Assembly (NCBI GenBank): GCA_944383895.1
Contig: CALWRH010000006.1
Coordinates: forward strand, 2,158 to 66,157
Reading direction: 5' to 3'
Source: an uncultured Christensenellaceae bacterium
GTDB taxonomy: Bacteria; Bacillota; Clostridia; Christensenellales; UBA3700
Length of the DNA stretch: 64,000 nt
The notes below the pieces were generated by a model. It was not told the DNA's origin. It saw nothing but the letters and a program-made list of their open reading frames with translations, and did not search any database. Positions 17,380-25,226 of this stretch are shown piece after piece; the first letter of the stretch is position 1; every line of letters begins with the position of its first letter. Both the position numbers and the translations under genes were made by a program.

Positions 17380-18402
17380 TCAAGTGGTCGTGAGTTCCTG
17401 ACCGGTGAAAGACAGCGTGAAGGTAAAGCTGCCGGTGCTTGCGGAAGAACCTACGGTAGTTCCGTCAAGCCATACATACATGTAGATCGCGTAAGACGCG
17501 CCCGGAGCCATCTTTGCCTTGGTATAAGTAGCAGCCTCGGTGCTGTCAGCGGGAAGTCCGGCAGCAAGCAAGGTGTATTCTGCACTGCTCTGACCTACGA
17601 GAGATTTAGCCGCGATGATGCGCTTTACGCCGTCTTCGTCAGCAGTGGCAACCGGGGTGTAAGTAGCGTTGGTAGCGGTCTGATTGCTGGGAGTGGTGCC
17701 GGTGAAGACATCGGTGCCGCCGTTCTTGATGCCGTAGTTATACTGCGATGCGAGAACGAATCCCGTGGGATCGCCCGAAAGAGGCTGAGCGATGATAACG
17801 AATCTGAGAGCGGATGCCGCGCGGACGTCGTTGGAGCTCTGCGGATCGGTCGGAGTAATGGTAACGGTCGCCTGAACAGCCTGAGTATAATCTTTGATGT
17901 TGGTCATGCTGAATCTCGCGATATTGGGATATTCGAGCGCAGTGCCGGAAGCAGGTACGAGGCTCTTGGGATCAAGATATTTGATAGCGTTAACGCTCGT
18001 GTTGCCTGCGACAGCCTGTGCGGAATAGAAAGCCTCGCCGGGAAGACCGGTACCTGCCATGCCGCCTGCGACTTCGCCGTCCTTAAAGGTATCAACGGTG
18101 GTAAGATTGATCTCGTTGATAGGTGCGACCGCCTTCATGCCGTTGGTGGACCAATACGCATACGGATTTGTACCGTAAAGACCTTCAGCGTCCGTAAAGT
18201 CGATCGTAGTGGAAGAAGTTACCGCATAGTCGGCACCCTCCCATTTACTGAACGAAAACGCCGCGTTATCTGCCTGAGCCGTAAACGAGCTCGTTACGTT
18301 GGATTCGTCGCCCGACGAGAACCATGCAAAGGTTGCCGTGGTCAGAGCTACAACGATGACGAGTATCGTGGCGATTGTAGTAATTACCAAACTCTTTTTC
18401 AT
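17380..18402 (-). CDS. Candidate major fibre subunit (TasA-class signal; Thr/Ser/Ala-rich, Cys-free)
   Basis: 340-aa ORF with strong AAGGAGAG SD. N-terminus MKKSLVITTIATILVIVVALTTATFAWFSSGDESN. It is followed by its own terminator, an arrangement typical of major structural subunits. Confidence 0.75.
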   Translation of the reverse strand: MKKSLVITTIATILVIVVALTTATFAWFSSGDESNVTSSFTAQADNAAFSFSKWEGADYAVTSSTTIDFTDAEGLYGTNPYAYWSTNGMKAVAPINEINLTTVDTFKDGEVAGGMAGTGLPGEAFYSAQAVAGNTSVNAIKYLDPKSLVPASGTALEYPNIARFSMTNIKDYTQAVQATVTITPTDPQSSNDVRAASALRFVIIAQPLSGDPTGFVLASQYNYGIKNGGTDVFTGTTPSNQTATNATYTPVATADEDGVKRIIAAKSLVGQSSAEYTLLAAGLPADSTEAATYTKAKMAPGASYAIYMYVWLDGTTVGSSASTGSFTFTLSFTGQELTTT

Positions 18403-18459
18403 AATTTCTCTCCTTATCTGTTTAGTTTTATCCGCTTGTTAAAGCGTGAGTTCCTTTGG

Positions 18460-19146
18460 TTATTCTGCTTTTGCAAGAAGGGTCTCGAGTTTCTTCTTCG
18501 GCTTTGCGTATGCGCTGCCGCCGATAATTTTTACCCCGTCTTTTTCAAAAGCGTCGATATTGTTTTTGCTGACGGCGTTGCCTAAAACCAGCTTTATCCC
18601 CTTCTGAGCCGCTATATGCGAAAATATCGACAAAAGCGAAAAGTTGCTCTGGTTGTAATAGCGGTAATCGAGCAGGAAATATTCCGGCTCGTACTTTGCT
18701 ATCACGTCCATAGGCGCGCGCTCGATGCCTTCTATCATAATGTGAGCGCCTCTTTTTTTGAGAAAATTCAACCCGAGCCTGCTGTTTCTTTCTCCGAAAG
18801 CCTCCAGCTGGAAGATATCGAAACACAGGATCAGATTGTCTTTCAGAAGTCCCGCCAGACGGTGCACGTTGCCTTCTGCAAGCAAACGGCTGCTTATCTT
18901 GTAGATAAACGCTGTGTCGGGATACTTGTCGGCATCTTCTTCAAATTGGGTAAGGGCTAAAAAATTGAGAGTTTCTATGCGGGAACTTGCCTGTGCCGCC
19001 GGAACGTACTGCCACGGATACAAAACTCCGAGCACTTCGTCTTCCAGCACCTGCCAGACTTCGATAAATTCCGTCCTGCCCGCCCCGTCGAAATAGGGCG
19101 TATAGCAATAAGAGACGGGTTTTTTGACAATCGCCTCTTTCCCCAT
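18460..19146 (-). CDS. Stand-alone degenerate EAL-domain protein (probably non-catalytic)
   Basis: 228-aa ORF with AAGGAGG SD. It aligns by eye along the EAL fold: FIEVWQVL (EAL position), YPWQYVPAAQASSRIETLNFLAL (FIP.AE..GLI block), LNFLKKRGAHIMIEGIE (DDFGTG position), IKLVLGNAV (AEGVE position), GGSAYAKP (QGY..P position). The catalytic Asn, DD, Lys, Glu and Gln positions are substituted. Confidence 0.6.
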   Translation of the reverse strand: MGKEAIVKKPVSYCYTPYFDGAGRTEFIEVWQVLEDEVLGVLYPWQYVPAAQASSRIETLNFLALTQFEEDADKYPDTAFIYKISSRLLAEGNVHRLAGLLKDNLILCFDIFQLEAFGERNSRLGLNFLKKRGAHIMIEGIERAPMDVIAKYEPEYFLLDYRYYNQSNFSLLSIFSHIAAQKGIKLVLGNAVSKNNIDAFEKDGVKIIGGSAYAKPKKKLETLLAKAE

Positions 19147-19194
19147 ACGGCATTAGCCTCCTTACCACATAACGCGATTCCGCCTTATACTGTT

Positions 19195-19223
19195 ATAATA
19201 AACTCAAACAAAACGTCTGTCAA
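19195..19223 (-). promoter_or_regulatory. Sigma-A type promoter TTGACA-17-TATTAT for the EAL/fibre operon
   Basis: Minus strand: -35 TTGACA (19223..19218), 17-nt spacer, -10 TATTAT (19200..19195). It lies about 50 nt upstream of the 19146 start. Confidence 0.5.
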
Positions 19224-19851
19224 TACCTTTCGAATATTTTTTTTATGCCACGAAATTACGGTTTTCGGACAAAAAATATGCTTTTAGTACGATTTCCGAC
19301 AAAAAAACTTTCAGCTTGTTTTAAGGTAAAATTCTCAATAAGTATTGAGTTTCTGCCGTTTGAGAGGCTTATCGCGGCATATAAAAAAACGGATTTTTGT
19401 CTCTTTTTCAAAGTCGGGAAAATTTTATGTTTTTTACTCTCTCCACATGCTCTGTCAAGGTAAAATCGACAGTTTCGTCAGTAACGTAAGTCTTGTTCTC
19501 GGCATAAAAATTCAAGGATCGCGCATAAAACCTCGGTTCGTCAGAGGTTTCGGAAAACCGTTTCTTCACGTTTTTTCTCTATGTTTTATATCGTCATAAT
19601 CGCTACGGACTTTCTGTATTCGTTGAAACAGACTGTTCCGACTTCTGCCTTTCCGCCTGCAAAACCTGCGTTTAGTACACATATGCGAATTATATCTTAT
19701 ATTACGAGCGCGTCTATGTAAAATTTTTAACGACATTTTAATTTAACAATCAATATATCTTTTTGCACGAAAATTCGGTTTTTCTCAAAAATACGACGTT
19801 TGAAACAAAAAAGTAAGGCAACAATGGTATATTTTGGATATTTTTTTTATC

Positions 19852-19880
19852 TTGACTTTGAAAGTGGCATTTTGTATAAT
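19852..19880 (+). promoter_or_regulatory. Sigma-A type promoter TTGACT-17-TATAAT
   Basis: -35 TTGACT 19852..19857, 17-nt spacer, -10 TATAAT 19875..19880. It lies about 40 nt upstream of the AGGAGG SD and the ATG at 19922. Confidence 0.55.
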
Positions 19881-19921
19881 TAAACTACAAAAAATTGCAT
19901 AACTTAGGAGGTTATCAAATT

Positions 19922-22282
19922 ATGACAAAGAAAAACATTTGGGTCAAGTTGCTCATTGTTGCTTTGATCATTGCTATGGTCGGCGTTTTCTTTATTGCTT
20001 GTAATAAAGACGAAGGCACAACCGACGACGGTGGCAAGACTTGCACCAAGCACGTTGATACAAACGGCGATGGCAAATGCGACAACTGCGGCACGACTAT
20101 GCCTAAAGAAGAGTGCACCGAGCACGTTGACGCTGACGGCGACGGCTACTGCGATAAATGCGGCGAAGAAATGCCCATTGACGACACTGCTGTCAAAGAA
20201 CTCATCGGCGTTATCGACGATCTCGTTGCAAGCGCAGGCGGCATTGAGAACGTAGGCAACCTCGGCACCGATTCCGAGCTCGTACTCGCTATCGAGCAGG
20301 ACGGCAAGACCAAGAAGATCAAGATCGAACTCGACGTTGCTCTCGACCTTCTCAACACGAGCGAATACGGCAACAACGGTTTCGGCGCTGCTATCTCCGT
20401 TGACGACGGCTCCGGCAAATACAACAGAGTATTCGGCATCTGGTACCTCAACGGCGAAACCGACGCTGACAGCTCCGTTTATCTCGAGATCGACAACACC
20501 GGCCTCGTTATCGACGCTCTCACCGTTGCTAAAGTCCTCGAGAAGTACAACGTAAACGCTAACGTTCCCGTTGGCGACAAGGTTGGCGACACCGTCGTTT
20601 CCGACGCGATCGGCAGCTACATCGGCACCATTGCAACCATGGTCAAGCTCGACTACACCGACGTTGACGGCGTTAAAACCTTCAAGCTCAACGTTAAGGA
20701 CCTCCTTAACCCGGACGGCATGATCGCTACTCTTCTCAACAGCGCTATCTTCAAACCTGAAGATTCCCTGCTTGAGAACCTCGCAGGTATCAACGTAAGT
20801 CAGATCCTCAAAGATCTCAACATCGCTATCGCAGATACCGAAGATCTTTACAATATTCTCCCCGACTTCTCCGTAGTCGTCAAGGGTGAATACGACAACA
20901 ACAATTTTGCAGGCATCAGCCTCGGCCTCGAAGTCGCAGGCTCTGAAAGCGGCGTAAGCATCCCCCGCATCGATACTGAAAAGAACGATCCTATCGTTAT
21001 CGCTCCCGCGTTCCCCGACACCAACCTCTCCGCTACCCTCAAAGCTCAGTTCCTTACCAACGACGAAGCTTTCGGTAACGTTGAAAGCCTCTACTCCGCT
21101 GTAGCAGCCGAAGCTGAAGAAGAACAGTGGGCAGACATCGGCGTTCTCAACTTTGCGTTCGACGCTCAGGTCACCCTCGGTACCGACAAAGATTCCGCTA
21201 AGACTTACGATATCCAGCTTGCCGCTGATATCAACGCTGCGGCTATAGCAGACGCTACTTTCACCAAGAGAGTTTACTACAAAGACGCTGAAGGCAATTA
21301 TGTAAAGGGCAAAGACGGCAACTACCTCTACACCGACTGGTTCTACCTCAAGGGCGCAAGCATCTTCGGCACCAGCCAGGATACCGACGTAGTCCGCGCA
21401 CTGCTCCCCGCTATCAACAGTTTCTACCTCAAGATGGTCAACACTGAAGATCCCACTGACGTTCTTATCATCAACCTCGCTGAGAAATTCACGGTAAACG
21501 CAGCAGGCGACATCACCGGCGGACAGCTTTACGTCAAACTCGCTGCTCTCAACAACATCATGAGCACCTTCGGTCTTAACCTCGAAGAGCTCCTCGGCAG
21601 CATGGCAGACACCATCCTCGGCATGAACGGCGAAGTTCCGTACAACGTCGTATCCGCTGCTCTCGGTATGCTCCCCGGCATGCTCTACAAGATCCCCGAA
21701 GACTATGCTGCTCTCGGCGCAACCGAAATGACCATGACCGCTCCCAAAGCAATGGCATCCGCTACCGCTGACGAGGCTACCGACGGCGAAGGCTCCGGCG
21801 CAACCGGCGGCACCGATATCAAAGAGATCTTCTCCAAGATATTCGAAGTTATCGACAAGATCAAAGCTTCTGTAAAGATGGGCACCGACAGCATCACCGC
21901 TGCTAACGCTGAAGACGTAGATTACACCATAGGCGGCGCTGCTATCACTTTCGACATGACCGGTTCTGTTCTCAGAAACGACGCTAAGAAAGTTGACGGT
22001 ATCAGAGTCGTTACCAACAAACCGTTTGTTGCAAACTACAACAACGGCGAAGTTGTTACCTCTATCGGCGCTGACGTCCAGATCGGACACGGCGAACTCT
22101 TCACCGCTGAAGTAACCGTAAACCAGGATAAGGCAGGCGTTGACGCACTCGACGTCTACATCAACTTCACCCTCGAAAAGATCGGCTACGGCTGCGCTGT
22201 CAGAACTCCTGTTCAGCTCGACGGCGAGACCCCCGTTGGCTCTATCTACAGAGAAGGCGCTGGTTTTGTCGCAAGCAAGTAA
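19922..22282 (+). CDS. Lipoprotein with two Cys-rich C.HVD..GDG.CD.CG repeats (paralogue 1)
   Basis: The track ORF starts at 19895, but AGGAGG (19907..19912) sits 9 nt before the ATG at 19922 (MTKKNIWVKLLIVALIIAMVGVFFIAC, lipobox FIAC). Repeats: CTKHVDTNGDGKCDNCG and CTEHVDADGDGYCDKCG. Promoter and terminator flank it. Confidence 0.85.
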   Translation: MTKKNIWVKLLIVALIIAMVGVFFIACNKDEGTTDDGGKTCTKHVDTNGDGKCDNCGTTMPKEECTEHVDADGDGYCDKCGEEMPIDDTAVKELIGVIDDLVASAGGIENVGNLGTDSELVLAIEQDGKTKKIKIELDVALDLLNTSEYGNNGFGAAISVDDGSGKYNRVFGIWYLNGETDADSSVYLEIDNTGLVIDALTVAKVLEKYNVNANVPVGDKVGDTVVSDAIGSYIGTIATMVKLDYTDVDGVKTFKLNVKDLLNPDGMIATLLNSAIFKPEDSLLENLAGINVSQILKDLNIAIADTEDLYNILPDFSVVVKGEYDNNNFAGISLGLEVAGSESGVSIPRIDTEKNDPIVIAPAFPDTNLSATLKAQFLTNDEAFGNVESLYSAVAAEAEEEQWADIGVLNFAFDAQVTLGTDKDSAKTYDIQLAADINAAAIADATFTKRVYYKDAEGNYVKGKDGNYLYTDWFYLKGASIFGTSQDTDVVRALLPAINSFYLKMVNTEDPTDVLIINLAEKFTVNAAGDITGGQLYVKLAALNNIMSTFGLNLEELLGSMADTILGMNGEVPYNVVSAALGMLPGMLYKIPEDYAALGATEMTMTAPKAMASATADEATDGEGSGATGGTDIKEIFSKIFEVIDKIKASVKMGTDSITAANAEDVDYTIGGAAITFDMTGSVLRNDAKKVDGIRVVTNKPFVANYNNGEVVTSIGADVQIGHGELFTAEVTVNQDKAGVDALDVYINFTLEKIGYGCAVRTPVQLDGETPVGSIYREGAGFVASK

Positions 22283-22311
22283 TTGCAAAACTCAATCTTT
22301 TGATTGAAACC

Positions 22312-22342
22312 GAGAGGAGTCTGAAAAGGCTCCTCTTTTTTA
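22312..22342 (+). terminator. Rho-independent terminator
   Basis: GAGGAGTC-tgaaaa-GGCTCCTC followed by TTTTTT. Confidence 0.65.
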
Positions 22343-22379
22343 TCACATTTTACAGACACTTTCGTTGTAGAACTAAAAG

Positions 22380-22408
22380 TTGACTTTATAAAACCAATGA
22401 TGTATAAT
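22380..22408 (+). promoter_or_regulatory. Sigma-A type promoter TTGACT-17-TATAAT
   Basis: -35 TTGACT 22380..22385, 17-nt spacer, -10 TATAAT 22403..22408. Same architecture as the paralogue 1 promoter. Confidence 0.55.
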
Positions 22409-22431
22409 GATGTTACTTCAGGAGGAGTGTT

Positions 22432-25023
22432 ATGAAAGAGAAGAAAGTCTTAATATTGTTGTTTACGTTACTGCTCTGCGTATGCATGATCTCCGCTACC
22501 CTGGTATCTTGTATGAATACCAAAGAAACCGAAGACGGCATAATCAAAGACGGAGAACTTGTCGATCCCGATGACAAGGATTGCACAAATCACGTCGACA
22601 AAAACGGCGACGGCAAGTGCGACAAATGCGGCGCTACCATGCAGGAAGAAAACCCGCCCTGCACCGATCACGTCGACAATAACGGCGACGGATATTGCGA
22701 CAAATGCGGCGAATCTATGGGCAATGTCGGACATCAGCACGTCGACGCAAACGGTGATGGATATTGCGACAATTGCGGCGAATCTATGGGCAATGTCGGA
22801 CATCAGCATGTAGACGCAGACGGCGACGACTATTGCGACAATTGCGGAAAACTCATATCCTGCACCAATCACGTCGACGAAGACGGCGACGGCTACTGCG
22901 ACAAGTGCGGCGTAGAAATGCCGATCGACGACACTGCTGTAAGAGAACTCTTCGGCGTTCTCGACGATTTCGTTGCAAATACGGGCAATATAGAAAACGT
23001 CGGCGTACTCGGTACGGATTCCGAGATATTGTTCGAAGTCGAACAAGACGGCATAACCAAAAAGCTGAAAATAGAATTCGACGTCGCTCTCGATCTTCTC
23101 AGGACGGGCATGTACGGTGACATGTACGGCAACAACGGCATCAGTATGGTCGTTTCTATCGACAACGGCTCGGGCACTTACGATAGGCTGTTCGGCATCT
23201 GGTATCTCAATGGCGACAGCGACGATAACAGCAAGATCTATCTCGATATGTTCGGTCAGGGATTTATTATCGACGCTTTCGCTATTGCCAACGTGCTTGA
23301 GAAGTACAACGTAAATGCTGACGTTCCCGTAGGCGACAAGATCGGCGACAATATGCTTACAGACGTAGCAGACGCATACATCGGCACCTTTGCGTCTATA
23401 ATCGATCTGGAGTTCGTCGAGATTGACGGAGTAAAGACTTTTACTCTCGACATAAAGGAATTGCTTAACCCCGACGGCATTATTGCTGCCCTTCTCGACA
23501 GTGCAATATTCAAGGAAGAAGGCTCCATACTTGAGAACTTAGCCGGTATCAACGTAAGCAAGATCCTCAAAGATCTCAACATCGCTATCGCAGATACCGA
23601 AGATCTTTACAATATTCTCCCCGATATGTCTTTGGTGGTCAAAGGCAACTACGAACAAGACAAATTCGTAAGCCTCAGCGTCGGTCTTGACGTTAAGGGC
23701 TCCGAAGACGGCATAAACATCCCCACTGTCGACGGCAACATTGTCAACGTTGTTTCTTCCTTCGGCGATACCAGCCTTAAAACCACGTTCAAAGCCGAAT
23801 TCCTTACCAACGACGAAGCTTTCGGTAACGTTGAAAGCCTCTACTCCGCTGTAGCAACCGAAGCTGAACAAGAACAGTGGACAGATACGGGCGCGTTCAA
23901 CTTCGCATTCGACGCTCAGGTCACTCTCGGCACTACCGAATATACAGCTCAGACCTACGATATACAGTTTGCCGCAGACATCGACCTTGCGGAGCTTTAT
24001 AAAGCTACTTTCACCAAAAGAGTTTACTACACTGACGATTACGGCAATTATGTCAGGGACTCTTACGGCAACTACCTTTACTCTGACCTGTTCTATATCA
24101 AGAGCTCGGAAATCTTCGGCTACTGTCAGGATCCCGACTTGTTCAACACCCTGCTCCCCGCTATCAACAGTTTCTACCTCAAGATGGTCAACGTAAACGA
24201 CCCGTCCGACGTCCTTATGATAAACGTGCTTGAAAAATTCACGGTAAACGAAGCAGGCGACATCACCGGCGGTAAACTTTACGTCAAGCTTGCCGCTCTC
24301 GACAACATCTGCAATGCTTTCGGCATAGACCTCAGAGCAATGCTCGGCAATATGGCAGACACCATCCTCGGCATGAACGGCGAAGTTCCGTACAACGTCG
24401 TATCCGCTGCTCTCGGCATGCTCTCCGGTATGCTTTACACGATACCCGAAGATTATGCCGCTCTCGGCGCAACCGCAATGACCGAGACCGCTCCCGCAGC
24501 AATGGTGTCTGCTATAGCTGAAGAAACCAACGACTATTCAGGAACTTCTTCCGGCACCGACATCAGAGACATCGTTGCCAAGATCTTTGAAGTTATCGAC
24601 AAGATCAAAGCTTCTGTCACGATTGGCGACGACAGCATCACCGCTGCTAACGCTTACGGCGTAGATTACACCATTGGCGGTGCTGCTATCTCCTTCGACA
24701 TGACCGGTGCTGTTCTCAGAGACATCGCTGGCGCAGTTGACGGCATCAAAGTCGTAACCAACTCTCCGTTAGTTTTCGATTACAACAACGGTGAAGTATT
24801 TACCTATATCGGTGCCGATATACAAATAGGCCACGGAGAGCTGTTTGCCGCAGAAATTAGCGTAAATCAGACCAAACCCGACGGCTACTTCGATTTCTAC
24901 GTCAACTTTAATCTCGAAAAGACAGGCTACGGCTGCGCCGTAAGAACTCCCGTTCAGCTCGACGGCGAAAATCCCGTGGGCTCTCTTTACAGAGAAGGCG
25001 CGGGCATTATACTAAGCAAGTAA
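22432..25023 (+). CDS. Lipoprotein with five Cys-rich HVD..GDG.CD.CG repeats (paralogue 2)
   Basis: 863-aa ORF with GGAGGAG SD and lipobox LVSC. It has five repeats (CTNHVDKNGDGKCDKCG ... CTNHVDEDGDGYCDKCG). The remainder is collinear with paralogue 1. Confidence 0.85.
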   Translation: MKEKKVLILLFTLLLCVCMISATLVSCMNTKETEDGIIKDGELVDPDDKDCTNHVDKNGDGKCDKCGATMQEENPPCTDHVDNNGDGYCDKCGESMGNVGHQHVDANGDGYCDNCGESMGNVGHQHVDADGDDYCDNCGKLISCTNHVDEDGDGYCDKCGVEMPIDDTAVRELFGVLDDFVANTGNIENVGVLGTDSEILFEVEQDGITKKLKIEFDVALDLLRTGMYGDMYGNNGISMVVSIDNGSGTYDRLFGIWYLNGDSDDNSKIYLDMFGQGFIIDAFAIANVLEKYNVNADVPVGDKIGDNMLTDVADAYIGTFASIIDLEFVEIDGVKTFTLDIKELLNPDGIIAALLDSAIFKEEGSILENLAGINVSKILKDLNIAIADTEDLYNILPDMSLVVKGNYEQDKFVSLSVGLDVKGSEDGINIPTVDGNIVNVVSSFGDTSLKTTFKAEFLTNDEAFGNVESLYSAVATEAEQEQWTDTGAFNFAFDAQVTLGTTEYTAQTYDIQFAADIDLAELYKATFTKRVYYTDDYGNYVRDSYGNYLYSDLFYIKSSEIFGYCQDPDLFNTLLPAINSFYLKMVNVNDPSDVLMINVLEKFTVNEAGDITGGKLYVKLAALDNICNAFGIDLRAMLGNMADTILGMNGEVPYNVVSAALGMLSGMLYTIPEDYAALGATAMTETAPAAMVSAIAEETNDYSGTSSGTDIRDIVAKIFEVIDKIKASVTIGDDSITAANAYGVDYTIGGAAISFDMTGAVLRDIAGAVDGIKVVTNSPLVFDYNNGEVFTYIGADIQIGHGELFAAEISVNQTKPDGYFDFYVNFNLEKTGYGCAVRTPVQLDGENPVGSLYREGAGIILSK
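22708..22845 (+). repeat. Tandem 69-nt in-frame duplication inside paralogue 2
   Basis: Unit 22708..22776 (ggcgaatctatgggcaatgtcggacatcagcac...gacaattgc) is repeated at 22777..22845 with a handful of substitutions. Each unit encodes GESMGNVGHQHVDA.GD.YCDNC. Confidence 0.85.
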
Positions 25024-25051
25024 TTGCAGAACTCAATCTTTGATTGAAACC

Positions 25052-25082
25052 GAGAGGAGTCTTAAACGGCTCCTCTTTTGTT
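25052..25082 (+). terminator. Rho-independent terminator (near-copy of the one at 22312)
   Basis: GAGGAGTC-ttaaac-GGCTCCTC followed by TTTTGTT. The preceding ~30 nt are also shared with the region after paralogue 1. Confidence 0.6.
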
Positions 25083-25094
25083 ATCCTCTATTAC

Positions 25095-25123
25095 TTTACA
25101 AAAACGCGCGTGTGTTTTATAAT
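25095..25123 (+). promoter_or_regulatory. Sigma-A type promoter TTTACA-17-TATAAT upstream of leuS
   Basis: -35 TTTACA 25095..25100, 17-nt spacer, -10 TATAAT 25118..25123. Confidence 0.5.
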
Positions 25124-25226
25124 ATATCTATAAATTTGCGCCCTGTCGCGTTTTTTTTGCGTAAGGCGCGGTTTTCAAAGCGTAAATATCGTCGCAGATC
25201 ACTTTTTCTGCGACCGGGAGTGTATA

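Noticed and set aside
19224-19851. c-di-GMP riboswitch or small ORFs (19245..19463, 19345..19599) in the long intergenic region
   Set aside because: I recognise no GEMM-like core. The ORFs lack SDs and have low-complexity Phe/Lys-rich translations. The repeats and palindrome there are reported as a finding instead.
19904-22288. 794-aa minus-strand ORF spanning the whole lipoprotein gene
   Set aside because: It is a codon-aligned antisense shadow. It has no SD, promoter, signal or recognisable motif. The plus-strand gene has a promoter, an AGGAGG SD, a lipobox, a terminator and a paralogue.
25083-25226. T-box leader upstream of leuS-serS
   Set aside because: The leader is only about 100 nt after the predicted promoter. 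It contains small hairpins (GTCGCAG..CTGCGAC) but no T-box sequence or specifier-loop architecture that I can recognise.
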